The translations under genes were made by a program, and so were the position numbers. The notes beneath the pieces are model-generated. The model saw nothing but the letters and a program-made list of their open reading frames with translations, searched no databases and was not told the origin of the DNA. Positions 21,763 to 31,033 of a stretch of DNA of 64,000 bases are shown here, piece after piece. The DNA is taken from positions 4,064,001 to 4,128,000 of the forward strand of contig OY970296.1 in NCBI GenBank assembly GCA_963716175.1. The letters are read 5' to 3'. Every line of letters begins with the position of its first letter. Position 1 is the stretch's first letter. The stretch is from an uncultured Armatimonadetes bacterium. Its GTDB lineage: Bacteria; Armatimonadota; Hebobacteria; Hebobacterales; Hebobacteraceae.

Positions 21763-24281
21763 AGCGACGCGCGCCCCGCCAGCCAGCTGGCGCCGCCGCC
21801 ATGGTGGTCCACGACGTCGCCCTGCTGGTGGTGGCTTTCTACTCCCCTATCCTGTGGGGCGCGTTCAACGCCGGCGGCCAGGCCTTCGCCTCCATCCTGA
21901 TCGGCCTCGCCGCGCTGGCCGCCCTGGCGGCGCGCTGGTCTCAAGGCCGCGGCCCGGCGCTGATCCCCAATCCCATCCACCTGCCGGCTCTGCTCTTCCT
22001 GGCGATCTCCGGGCTCAGCGCCCTGCTCGTCTCTGTCAGCCACCATGCCAGCGCCATCGAGCTGGCCAGAATCGCCGTTGGCGTGCTGCTGTTCTACCTG
22101 GTGGCCAATCGCGCGCTGCTGCCGGCGGCCCCTGCGGGGCCGGTGGCTGCGGCCTTCGCCTGGTCCGTGCTAGTCGTTCTCTTCGTGCGGGTGCCGGGGG
22201 AATCCAGCGTCACTCTGGCGTCGCTCTCCGACCCTGCCGCCTGGGATGAACTCATCCACGGCGCGGGCGCAGCCTTGCGTCTCTTCGCGGTGATCGGGGT
22301 GGCGGCCGTCACCGGCCTCGTGCTCGCGGATCGCAAGCGCCCGGATCCCATTCGCTGGTGGACCTCCGCGCTGCTCATCTCCGCCGCCTTCGCGGTGGCC
22401 ACCTATGGCTTGCGGGAGAAGCTGCTCACCCTGCGCATGCTGAAGAACCAGAGCTGGAGCATCTTCAGCACCTTCTTCAACCCCAACTCGCTCGCCGGTT
22501 TTCTCGCCATGTGCGTGTTCCTGGCGGCGGCCGCGGCCCTCGCCAATCGTGCGCTCTGGCGCCGCTTGCTCTGGGCGGGCGCGGCCCTGCTGCTGCTGGC
22601 GGCCGTTGTGCCCACCCACTCCAAAGGCGCGGTGCTAGCGGTGTTGGCAGGGGCCGTAGTCTTCGTCGCGCTGACCGCAGGCGCGACCGCACGGCGGAGG
22701 CGCAATCTGTGGATCCTGGCCGGGCTATCCCTCGCGGTTCTGCTGATGGGCGGCCTGGTGATGTGGCGCTTGCCAGCTCAGCGCACTCGGGTGGTGGAAG
22801 CACTGGACCCCCGCAGCGCCTCCAACATGTTCCGGCTGCTCGCCTGGCAAGGCACCGCCCGGATGGCCGCCGACCATCCTCTGCTGGGCATCGGCCCTGG
22901 CGGCTTCAAGTATGCATTCATGAACTACGCGGTGGGCGGGTACACGGAGGCGGCACACGAGAACTACCTCCAGATCGGCGCGGAGCAAGGCTTCGCCGGG
23001 CTCGCGGTCTTCCTCTGGATGATCGCGGCGGCGCTGTTCACCGCTCGCCGCGGGTTGGCGCGGGCGCGCGACTTCGGTCGGCGCGCGCTCATCATCGGCG
23101 CGGTCTCCAGCCTCACCGCGCTGCTCGTGCACAGCCTGCTCGATTACGACTGGTACATCGGCGCCATCGGCGTCACTTTCTGGCTGGTGGTGGGGGTGAT
23201 CGCGCACCAGGCCCATGGCCGGGAAGTGGAGCTGGCGCAGCCGCCCCAGCCAGAGGCCGCGCGCGGCAGGCGGCGGGGCTCGCGCCAGACCTCGCCTGCG
23301 AAACCGGAGGCGGCGGAGAATGCACACCTTCTGCCCTGGCCGCGGGCCGCGATCGGGCGGGGGGCAGCCTCGGCGGGAGTCACGCTGCTGCTGTTCCTGT
23401 GCCTGTGGCCCGCGCTGAGCAATGCGCTGGCCCAGACCGCGCTGGATTCCGGGAACCGGGCCGCGGGCGCGGCCATGCAGGCCTACAACCTGCGCGACAC
23501 CGTTGCCATGGGCGGGTATCTCTACCGCGCCTTGAACGCCTACCGCACCGCCACCGAGTACGACCCCGGGTGGTCCGCCGCCTGGGAGCGCTATGGGCTG
23601 ATGCTGGGGAACGTGGGGCAGCCCCAGGAGGCGGCGCAGGCGCTGCTGAAGGCGGTCAAGCTGGAGCCGACCAGCTTTCAACCGCGGCTCTCCCTGGCCA
23701 GCTTCTACTACGACCAGAAGCAGTACCGGAAGGCTGCAGACGCCTACCAGCAGTCACTCGCTCGCTATCCCGCAAACACCCGCGCCCTGCGGCGCCTCGG
23801 CATCACCTATCAGCAGCTCGGCGAGAATGATGCTGCGCTCACCATCTACCACCACATGGTGCAGATCGAAGACAGCCCTTACAACAGGTATCGCGCCCTG
23901 AGCGACATTGACGTAGACACCGAGTACGCCTATGCCCATTACCAGCTCGGGCGGGCCGCGCTGAAGGATTACACTGCCGGTCGCAGGCCGGACGCACTCC
24001 CGGTCGCCATCCACGAGTTCCAGGCCGCGCTCGCCGTGATCGCCTCCTACCAGCAGCGCGGCAAGCAGATAGACGAGATGTTCCGGCAGGTGGGCCAGCC
24101 CCGAGAAGACCGGGCCGGGGAGCTGGCGGCACTGGAGGCGAGGGCGCGGTGGCGCCTCGGCGCCGCCTACCAGATCGCCGGAGACAGAGAGAGCGCCGTC
24201 CGGGAGAGAGAGCAAGCGCTGAAGCTGTACCCGGAGGTGGCCCAGGCTGCCCTGGCCGAGGATGGGGGGAAGGCGGGATGA
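21759..24281 (+). CDS. O-antigen ligase-like membrane protein with C-terminal TPRs
   Basis: FFNPNSLAGFL, SKGA, HPLLGIGPGGF, AHENYLQ, HSLLDY; TPR tail. Confidence 0.85.
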   Translation: MKRRAPRQPAGAAAMVVHDVALLVVAFYSPILWGAFNAGGQAFASILIGLAALAALAARWSQGRGPALIPNPIHLPALLFLAISGLSALLVSVSHHASAIELARIAVGVLLFYLVANRALLPAAPAGPVAAAFAWSVLVVLFVRVPGESSVTLASLSDPAAWDELIHGAGAALRLFAVIGVAAVTGLVLADRKRPDPIRWWTSALLISAAFAVATYGLREKLLTLRMLKNQSWSIFSTFFNPNSLAGFLAMCVFLAAAAALANRALWRRLLWAGAALLLLAAVVPTHSKGAVLAVLAGAVVFVALTAGATARRRRNLWILAGLSLAVLLMGGLVMWRLPAQRTRVVEALDPRSASNMFRLLAWQGTARMAADHPLLGIGPGGFKYAFMNYAVGGYTEAAHENYLQIGAEQGFAGLAVFLWMIAAALFTARRGLARARDFGRRALIIGAVSSLTALLVHSLLDYDWYIGAIGVTFWLVVGVIAHQAHGREVELAQPPQPEAARGRRRGSRQTSPAKPEAAENAHLLPWPRAAIGRGAASAGVTLLLFLCLWPALSNALAQTALDSGNRAAGAAMQAYNLRDTVAMGGYLYRALNAYRTATEYDPGWSAAWERYGLMLGNVGQPQEAAQALLKAVKLEPTSFQPRLSLASFYYDQKQYRKAADAYQQSLARYPANTRALRRLGITYQQLGENDAALTIYHHMVQIEDSPYNRYRALSDIDVDTEYAYAHYQLGRAALKDYTAGRRPDALPVAIHEFQAALAVIASYQQRGKQIDEMFRQVGQPREDRAGELAALEARARWRLGAAYQIAGDRESAVREREQALKLYPEVAQAALAEDGGKAG

Positions 24282-25300
24282 GCGGGGCTGCCAAGCTGGC
24301 ACGGCCTTCGCTGCTGGCGCGACTGGCGGCCCTGGTGATTGGCCTGGGCGCCTTCCTGGTGCTGACCATGGTGCTGGCGGCCAATCTCGGAGCGCAGCCG
24401 ATCCCGCTGGGGGTGATCCTGGAATCGGCGAGACGAGAGACCGGCTCCAAGCTGGCAGAGATCTTCTGGCACCTGCGGCTGCCCCGGGTGGCGCTGGGGG
24501 CGATCGTGGGGATGGCCCTCACGGTCGCCGGCACCTCCCTTCAGGGGCTGCTCATGAACCCCCTGGCCGACCCTTACCTGGTCGGGGTATCGGCCGGAGC
24601 GGCGCTGGGGGCGAGCGCGGCGATGGCGCTGCATTTCGGCAACTTCCTGGGTGGGGCCGGCCGCTGCCTCATCGCCTTTGGGTCCGGCGCGCTCACCATG
24701 ATTCTCGTGCTGTGGCTGGCGCGAGAGCGCAGGCGGCTGCAGCGGGATGCCTTCATCCTCGCCGGGGTTGTGGTCGGCTCCTTCATGTGGGCCCTGGTGA
24801 CCCTGGTCATGACTCTCGCGGGGCAGGACCTCCAGACCATCGTGTTCTGGCTGATGGGCAATCTGTACGGGCAGATCAGCTGGGTGATGGTAGCGGTGAC
24901 GGGGCTGCTGGTGGCGATAGGCTGTGTCGCCCTTTACTCCTACGCGCGAGACCTCAACCTGCTGGCCCTGGGCGAGGAGCAAGCCAAGCAACTGGGGGTC
25001 GAGACCGAGAAGCTCAAAACGGGAGTGATCCTGTTCTCGGCCTTGGCCACCGCGGCGGCGGTATCGGTGAGCGGGGTGATCGGCTTCGTGGGGCTGGTGA
25101 TACCGCACATGGCGCGCAAGCTGGTGGGGCCGGACCACCGGGTGCTGATCCCCGCGGCCGGCCTGCTGGGGGCGGCCTTTCTGGTGTGGGCGGACACCGT
25201 GGCGCGGTTGATCGCGGAGATCTTCCCCGTGGGGGTGCTCACCTCTCTGCTCGGCGCGCCTTTCTTCTTCTACCTGCTGAAGAGGCGGCAGCGGGTTTAG
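24278..25300 (+). CDS. FecCD/BtuC-family ABC permease
   Basis: LRLPR, NPLADPYLVGVSAGA, GVIGFVGLVIPH. Confidence 0.92.
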   Translation: MSGAAKLARPSLLARLAALVIGLGAFLVLTMVLAANLGAQPIPLGVILESARRETGSKLAEIFWHLRLPRVALGAIVGMALTVAGTSLQGLLMNPLADPYLVGVSAGAALGASAAMALHFGNFLGGAGRCLIAFGSGALTMILVLWLARERRRLQRDAFILAGVVVGSFMWALVTLVMTLAGQDLQTIVFWLMGNLYGQISWVMVAVTGLLVAIGCVALYSYARDLNLLALGEEQAKQLGVETEKLKTGVILFSALATAAAVSVSGVIGFVGLVIPHMARKLVGPDHRVLIPAAGLLGAAFLVWADTVARLIAEIFPVGVLTSLLGAPFFFYLLKRRQRV

Positions 25301-25339
25301 TCGCCTCTGGCGACCTGCATAGTGGCCGGGCGAGGGACC

Positions 25340-26593
25340 ATGCTGGAAGCGCTGGCGATAACCGTCGGTTACGGCGATGGAGCCGTGGTGCAAGATCTGA
25401 CCCTCAGCCTATCGCGGGGCCAGTTCCTGGGCCTGGTGGGGCCGAATGGCTCGGGCAAATCCACCGTGATCCGCGCTCTCAGCCGCGTGCTCCCCCCTTC
25501 CCGGGGGCAAGTGCTGCTGGACTCCGTTGACATCTACCGCCTGCCGGCGAAGGAGCTGGCTCGGCGGCTGGCGGTGGTGGCCCAGGACAATGCCGTCGGC
25601 TTCGATTTCCTGGTGCGCGAGGTGGTGATGATGGGCCGGGCGCCCTATCTCTCGCGCTTCGGGATCGAGCGGGCGCGGGACTACGACATCGTCGAGCAGT
25701 CACTCGACGTGACTCATACCCGGGTGCTCGCCGATCGCCCCATCACCGCCCTCTCCGGCGGCGAGCGGCAGCGCTGCATGATCGCCCGCGCCCTCGCCCA
25801 GGAGGCGGAGGTGCTGCTGCTCGACGAACCGACCGCCCACTTGGATATCAACCACCAGATCGAGATCCTGGACCTCGCCCGCAGGCTGACCGCACAGCGC
25901 GGCCTGGCCACACTGGTGGTGCTGCACGATCTCAACCTCGCCAGCCAGTACTGCGACCGATTGGCCTTGATGGCGGAGGGCCGGGTGCTGGCGGCGGGCG
26001 CGCCGCGAGAGGTGGTGACCGAGGACCACATCCGCGCCGCCTACCACACTGATGTCCAGGTGCGCGCTCACCCCTCCACCGACCGGCCCTATGTCACCTT
26101 GCTCTCGCGCCTCCCGGTGGCATCGCCCCCCACCCGCCAGACCCGCGTTCACCTGATTTGCGGAGCCGGCACTGGAGTGCAGTTGATGCGCCGGCTTCGC
26201 GAGCTGGGATTCGCGGTCTCGGTGGGGGTAGTGAATGTCGCGGACAGCGATCAGCTAGAGGCGGAGGCCTTGGATCTGCCCCGGGTGGAAGAGGCCCCAT
26301 TCTCGCCGATCACCGAGGAGGCGCATCGGCGCAACAGCGATCTCGCCCGCGCCGCGGAGCTCGTGATCGTCACCGGCATCCCCTATGGCCGGGGCAACTT
26401 GCGGAACCTGGAGGCGGCAGTGAGGGCGCGGGGGGTAGGAAGGCGCGTCCTCATCATTGATGATCCCCCGATCGTCGGCCGGGACTTCACCGAGGGAGAA
26501 GCCACCGCCCTCCAGCGCCAGATCGTGAACGCCGGCGCTGAGCTTTGCCGGGACCTCGCCGATGCCCTGGCGCGCGTGGAGAGGATGGCGTGA
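25340..26593 (+). CDS. Iron-chelate/cobalamin ABC ATPase with C-terminal extension
   Basis: GPNGSGKS, LSGGERQR, LLLDEPT, VLHDLNLA; extra HLICGAGTG domain. Confidence 0.9.
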   Translation: MLEALAITVGYGDGAVVQDLTLSLSRGQFLGLVGPNGSGKSTVIRALSRVLPPSRGQVLLDSVDIYRLPAKELARRLAVVAQDNAVGFDFLVREVVMMGRAPYLSRFGIERARDYDIVEQSLDVTHTRVLADRPITALSGGERQRCMIARALAQEAEVLLLDEPTAHLDINHQIEILDLARRLTAQRGLATLVVLHDLNLASQYCDRLALMAEGRVLAAGAPREVVTEDHIRAAYHTDVQVRAHPSTDRPYVTLLSRLPVASPPTRQTRVHLICGAGTGVQLMRRLRELGFAVSVGVVNVADSDQLEAEALDLPRVEEAPFSPITEEAHRRNSDLARAAELVIVTGIPYGRGNLRNLEAAVRARGVGRRVLIIDDPPIVGRDFTEGEATALQRQIVNAGAELCRDLADALARVERMA

Positions 26594-27405
26594 CCGGCGA
26601 GGTCTGGCGCTTCATAGACTCCGGCCGGCTCGCCGGGGCCGAGAACATGGCGGTGGACGAGGCCATGCTGGAGGCCCATGCCGCGGGCGAGACGCCGCCC
26701 ACGCTCCGCGTTTACGGTTGGCAGCCCCCTGCCGTCTCGCTGGGACGCTTCCAGCGCGCGGATTCCGCCGTGGATCTGGAGGCCTGCCGGGCTCTGGGCA
26801 TAGCTGTGGTGCGCCGCCCCACTGGGGGTCGGGCCATCCTCCACACCGGCGAGGAAGTCACCTTCGCCCTGGTGATCTCGGCGAAGCGGCTCGGCACGGC
26901 TGGTGTGATGGACTCTTACCGGTCGCTGGCCGGGGGCATCGTAGCGGCCTTGCGGCTGCTCGGGTTGGAGGCGCGGCTGGTAGCGCGAGGCGCGCCCTCC
27001 TCCCCAGCGACCATCCAGGACCCGGCCTGCTTCGCGGTGAAGGCGCGGTGCGATCTGGTGGTGGGTTCGGCGAAGCTGGTGGGCAGCGCCCAGGTGCAGC
27101 GCCGCGGAGTCATCCTCCAGCAGAACTCGCTCCCGCTTCAGCTGCCACTGCGACTGTGGGCCGCGGTGTTCCGGCGCTCGGGGGAGGCACCGGAGGCAGC
27201 GGGATTGTGGGAGGCGGCGGGAAGGAAAGTGGGCCACGGCGAAGTCGCCCGCGCCCTGAGGGAAGGGTTCGCCTCCGCCTTCGGGGTCGCGCTCGTGGAT
27301 GGTATGCTCACTGACGGCGAGCTGGCGCGAACGCACCAGCTCGCCGTCAGTGGCGCTTGCCAATGGCTAGCCGAGAGGGCATCCACGGAGTTTCCTGAAT
27401 CATAG
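26590..27405 (+). CDS. Lipoate-protein ligase family (LipM-like octanoyltransferase)
   Basis: NMAVDEA, RRPTGGRAILH, PACF, KLVGSAQ. Confidence 0.88.
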   Translation: MTGEVWRFIDSGRLAGAENMAVDEAMLEAHAAGETPPTLRVYGWQPPAVSLGRFQRADSAVDLEACRALGIAVVRRPTGGRAILHTGEEVTFALVISAKRLGTAGVMDSYRSLAGGIVAALRLLGLEARLVARGAPSSPATIQDPACFAVKARCDLVVGSAKLVGSAQVQRRGVILQQNSLPLQLPLRLWAAVFRRSGEAPEAAGLWEAAGRKVGHGEVARALREGFASAFGVALVDGMLTDGELARTHQLAVSGACQWLAERASTEFPES

Positions 27406-27517
27406 TGACAGCTGATGATTCAAGAAACTCCTCAGACCCAGGCGCAGGGCTTGTGAGGCCGATTCTCTTGCATCATGGTTGCTCCCACGATGCAAGAGAA
27501 TCCGTAGCTCGAAAGGC

Positions 27518-27547
27518 GAGACCGGGGCGACAAGAAGCCCCGGTCTC
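27518..27547. terminator. Hairpin between convergent genes
   Basis: GAGACCGGGGC-N8-GCCCCGGTCTC. Confidence 0.55.
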
Positions 27548-27574
27548 TGTCCTTTGCCAGTCCACACCCCCCGG

Positions 27575-28333
27575 TTAGTGCCAAGTCCCTCCAACCGCGT
27601 AGATCTTGAAATACCCCGTCAAGGCCTCGAGGTTGGGCGCGTCGTAGACCATCCCGACGGGCAGCTTGATCTGCTGGCCCTGATACTTGAAACGCACGTA
27701 CTCCAATTGCGTGCCGTCCCAGTTCTTCTCCTTCACCAGGGTGATAGGCCCATAGAGCGCGACGAAACCCTGCAGCTTCTTCGCCTTGTCCACGTCAGAC
27801 ATCTCGCGGGGCTTGATCTGTGCCATGGCAGGCTGCGCTGCCTCCCCCGCGCCCCCGGCTGCTGCCGCACCCCCGCCACCTCTCCCGCCACCACCGCCCC
27901 GCATGCCGCCGCGGCCGCCGCCGCGGCCGCCGCCACCGCCACGGCCGCCCCGGCCTCCGCCACCGCCACCCCCACCACCGCGCATCCCGCGGCCACCTCC
28001 ACGACCGCCGGCTGCCTCCCCGGCGCCCTGTGCTCCTCCGGCCGCGCTGACCTCGGCGCCAGCGGCGCCCCCGCCTCCTCTGCCACCGCGCATGCCGCCG
28101 CGCGCCCCGCCGCGACCACCGCGGGCGCCGCGGCCGCCAGCGGCCGCTACCTGACTGCCTGCCGCCCCGGCTCCGCCGGCTCCTCGACCCCCACCGGCCG
28201 CCGGCTCTCCGGGAGCCCCGGCCCCCGTCTGCGCCTGCTTGCCTTTACACCCGGCCATCACCAGCAGCGCAGCTAGCGCCAAGAGAACGAACCAGACTGC
28301 TACCTGAGTGCTGCCACTTTTTCCCTGCCGCAT
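27575..28333 (-). CDS. Gly/Arg (RGG)-rich lipoprotein
   Basis: RBS GGGAGG, lipobox MAGC, long GGRGG low-complexity tract, small globular C-terminus. Confidence 0.8.
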   Translation of the reverse strand: MRQGKSGSTQVAVWFVLLALAALLVMAGCKGKQAQTGAGAPGEPAAGGGRGAGGAGAAGSQVAAAGGRGARGGRGGARGGMRGGRGGGGAAGAEVSAAGGAQGAGEAAGGRGGGRGMRGGGGGGGGGRGGRGGGGGRGGGRGGMRGGGGGRGGGGAAAAGGAGEAAQPAMAQIKPREMSDVDKAKKLQGFVALYGPITLVKEKNWDGTQLEYVRFKYQGQQIKLPVGMVYDAPNLEALTGYFKIYAVGGTWH

Positions 28334-28493
28334 TGCTGAGCCTCCCGTGACCTGCATCTGAACCGGCACAGACAACAGCTAGACAGCCGCGCCCGGTGCC
28401 GCCTGTCCTTTTGACCGAACCGGGAGCGTTCCTGTTCCCTCACCGGGCCTTTACAGCCCGCTCGCCTGTCCGCTAGAATAGCCCGAAAAGCCG

Positions 28494-29102
28494 ATGAAAT
28501 GCAAGTCGGATCTGCGCGGGGCCGTGCTGGCCCGGCGGGATGCCCTCTCGACTGAGGAGATCGCGGGCAAAAGCCGGGCCGCTGGCGAGCACCTCTTTTC
28601 ACTGCCGGAGTTCGCCCGGGCGCGACTGGTGATGTTCTTCGTCACCTTCGGCAGCGAGGTGGACACCTTGCCCATGATCAGGCAATCCATCGCCAGCGGG
28701 CAGCAGGTGGCCGCGCCGCAGGCCAACCGGGAGACGCGCAGCTTGCTTCCCTGCGAGATCGTGGACCCGGAGACCGACCTGGCGCCGGGCGCCTATGGCA
28801 TCCGGGAACCCAGGCCTGGCTGCCGCATAGTCACGCCGGACCAGATAGATGTGGTGCTGGTGCCGGCCGCAGTGTGGGGGGAAGACGGCTATCGCCTAGG
28901 GTACGGCGCGGGCTACTACGACCGCTTCCTGGCGCGCGCCCCGCGGGCGCGGCGGATCGGGCTAGGTCTGGAGGTGCAGGTGGTGGCTCGGGTGCCGCAC
29001 GGCAACCACGACTTGCCAGTGGACGTGCTAGTGACCGAGGCCGCAGTGCGGCGCTTCGCCCATCGCCCGGCCGTCGGCAAGGGAGGTGGTGATGGCGGAT
29101 AA
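28494..29102 (+). CDS. 5-formyltetrahydrofolate cyclo-ligase
   Basis: SEVDT, GIREP, RLGYGAGYYDR, HDLPVD. Confidence 0.93.
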   Translation: MKCKSDLRGAVLARRDALSTEEIAGKSRAAGEHLFSLPEFARARLVMFFVTFGSEVDTLPMIRQSIASGQQVAAPQANRETRSLLPCEIVDPETDLAPGAYGIREPRPGCRIVTPDQIDVVLVPAAVWGEDGYRLGYGAGYYDRFLARAPRARRIGLGLEVQVVARVPHGNHDLPVDVLVTEAAVRRFAHRPAVGKGGGDGG

Positions 29103-29466
29103 AGTCCGGCTGCACAGCATCACCGTCTATGGCTGTCACGGCGTCACGGAGGCGGAGCGCGCACTGGGCCGGCCCTTCGAGATAGATGTGGAGCTGGCGC
29201 TGGATCTCTCGGCGGCGGGAGAGAGCGATGACCTGGGTGCGACCGTGGACTACGGCGCCGTCTGCCAGCTTGTCCAGAGCGTGAATGAGGCCGGGCCCTA
29301 CCTGCTGCTGGAGGCCTTCGCCACCAGGATCGCCGAGCAGATCATGGCCGGCTTTCCGGTGCAGGAGGTGACGGTGCGAGTGCGCAAACCCCAGCCGCCG
29401 GTGGGAATGCTGGTGGAGGCGGCCGAAGTCGAGATCACGCGCCCGGGCGGCCGACCGCCCCTGTAG
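29092..29466 (+). CDS. folB: Dihydroneopterin aldolase
   Basis: YGCHGVTEAE, DDLGATVDY, LLEAFA, VRKP. Confidence 0.93.
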   Translation: MADKVRLHSITVYGCHGVTEAERALGRPFEIDVELALDLSAAGESDDLGATVDYGAVCQLVQSVNEAGPYLLLEAFATRIAEQIMAGFPVQEVTVRVRKPQPPVGMLVEAAEVEITRPGGRPPL

Positions 29467-29584
29467 GGCGGGTATGTCGCAGGTCGCCACAGGCAACCAA
29501 GCATGCCCGCCGGCCGTTTGCCGCCTGCTGTGCGGGGTACGTTGGGCAGGAGCTTCAGTCGCCTCTGGCGACTTGCCTCCTGCC
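29461..29584 (+). repeat. REP-like cluster (GTAG unit + GTTG unit)
   Basis: CTGTAGGGCGGGTATG...GCATGCCCGCCGGCCGTT; GTTGGGCAGGAGCTTCAGTCGCCTCTGGCGACTTGCCTCCTGCC. Confidence 0.85.
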
Positions 29585-29649
29585 ATGGGGTATGGTAGTC
29601 TGGTCGCGCTGATAGCACAGATAGCCCGCGAGGGCCGAAGGGGGGAAAG

Positions 29650-30867
29650 GTGAAATCGCAACCATTCACCGAGCGATGGATCATCAAGCTTGTACTCGCG
29701 CTTTGGGTTGCTCTTGCCTGTGCTCTCACGCTGTCCGCCTCCGACGCAGCGGCATCTCAGGCCGCTCCTGCCCGGCTCGCCGCGCACCCCGCCTTCGACC
29801 CCTCAGAACGGCAACTCAAGGCCTGGGTCGATGCCGGCTACAATGCGTTCACCACAGGCGTGGCCTATGACGATGCGTTCAGCGTGCCTGGTGTCAGTCA
29901 GTGGTACTGGCTCCCGTCTGAGGTCGTGGTGATTGGTAATGCTGCGGCTGTCGTCGGCCTCAGCTGCGAAACGCCTCAGTTGCTGGCCACCTACACCGCA
30001 TGGCGAGGTACGCGCAGCGCCCTCCCCGAAGCGCAAGTCATTGACGCTGTCTACTCCCAGTTGGCTCAACAGGCGGGCTACTGCCGCTTCGTGGTCGTGG
30101 GCCTTGCGAAGACCTCCTCACGGGACCTCGGACTTGAGTACGTGCTCAACGTGAATGGGATCAGGTACGGCCAGCCGCGCATCTCTAGCCCGTTTGACGA
30201 GCCTCTCAGCAGTTCCCACAGTCTGCTCGACAGGAGGGACTACCAGTGTCTCTCGGTGGAGGTGGTAGAACGCTTCGACCACGAGTATCTGGTGGATATC
30301 CAGGGCAAGACCTACACCCGGACGCAGGCCCGCTCCTCGGTCGGCTATGAGCGCCGAGCCTCGGTGAAGCAGGGGGGGGCGACAGTTGGCTACACACACC
30401 TCGTAACCGAGATCGTAGACTTCCCTCTCCTCCGGGACGATGGCGCGCCGCTTATCCCCGCTGACGCCGATATGATCACCCTGGAGATGCTGGCGCCAGA
30501 CGCGTCCTACGAAGTGAGCGTGAACCTCCGGACTGGGATATCTTCAAAGTCTCTCGGATACCTGGTATTAGCGCCGAAGAGCAGGCTGCATCAGGCGCTT
30601 GAGGATATCGCCAAGAGACCAGAGTATGCCGACTGGGTTCTGAAGATATACCAGATGGAACCCAGGGTCCCGACGATCACCATCTCTGTCCAGCCCGGAC
30701 GGTCGCCCTACGAGACCAAGAAGGCACTGAAGGCACTCGTGCTAGAGGGCCAGAAGGCCTGTGAGGATGGCAACCTAGTTGTTATCTTGGAGGTTGGTGC
30801 ACGTAGGCTCTTCGAAGCGCGCTACCACCCGGCGAGCAAGTCAGTCGTGGTCACTTCGGTGCCGTGA
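29650..30867 (+). CDS. Secreted hypothetical protein with atypical codon usage
   Basis: 405-aa ORF with few competing ORFs, signal peptide, more A/T third positions than neighbours. Confidence 0.75.
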   Translation: MKSQPFTERWIIKLVLALWVALACALTLSASDAAASQAAPARLAAHPAFDPSERQLKAWVDAGYNAFTTGVAYDDAFSVPGVSQWYWLPSEVVVIGNAAAVVGLSCETPQLLATYTAWRGTRSALPEAQVIDAVYSQLAQQAGYCRFVVVGLAKTSSRDLGLEYVLNVNGIRYGQPRISSPFDEPLSSSHSLLDRRDYQCLSVEVVERFDHEYLVDIQGKTYTRTQARSSVGYERRASVKQGGATVGYTHLVTEIVDFPLLRDDGAPLIPADADMITLEMLAPDASYEVSVNLRTGISSKSLGYLVLAPKSRLHQALEDIAKRPEYADWVLKIYQMEPRVPTITISVQPGRSPYETKKALKALVLEGQKACEDGNLVVILEVGARRLFEARYHPASKSVVVTSVP

Positions 30868-30966
30868 CCGCGGCGTCCGTTCTTGGCGATCGGCACCGGC
30901 GTAGGGGGAGATGTGCTTGTCGGTGATGCAGGAGCCATGGCCCTCCTCGGCGCGCTGGTCGGCATG

Positions 30967-31014
30967 TACGTTGGGCAGGAGCTTTAGTCGCCTCCAGCGA
31001 CTTGCCTCCTGCCC
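30967..31014 (+). repeat. GTTG-type REP-like hairpin
   Basis: 44/47 identical to 29538-29584. Confidence 0.85.
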
Positions 31015-31033
31015 GTCGTGCGACGGAGGTGAA

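Noticed and set aside
28376-28493. 6S RNA upstream of the 5-formyl-THF cyclo-ligase gene
   Set aside because: Interval is too short and is occupied by divergent promoter-like motifs
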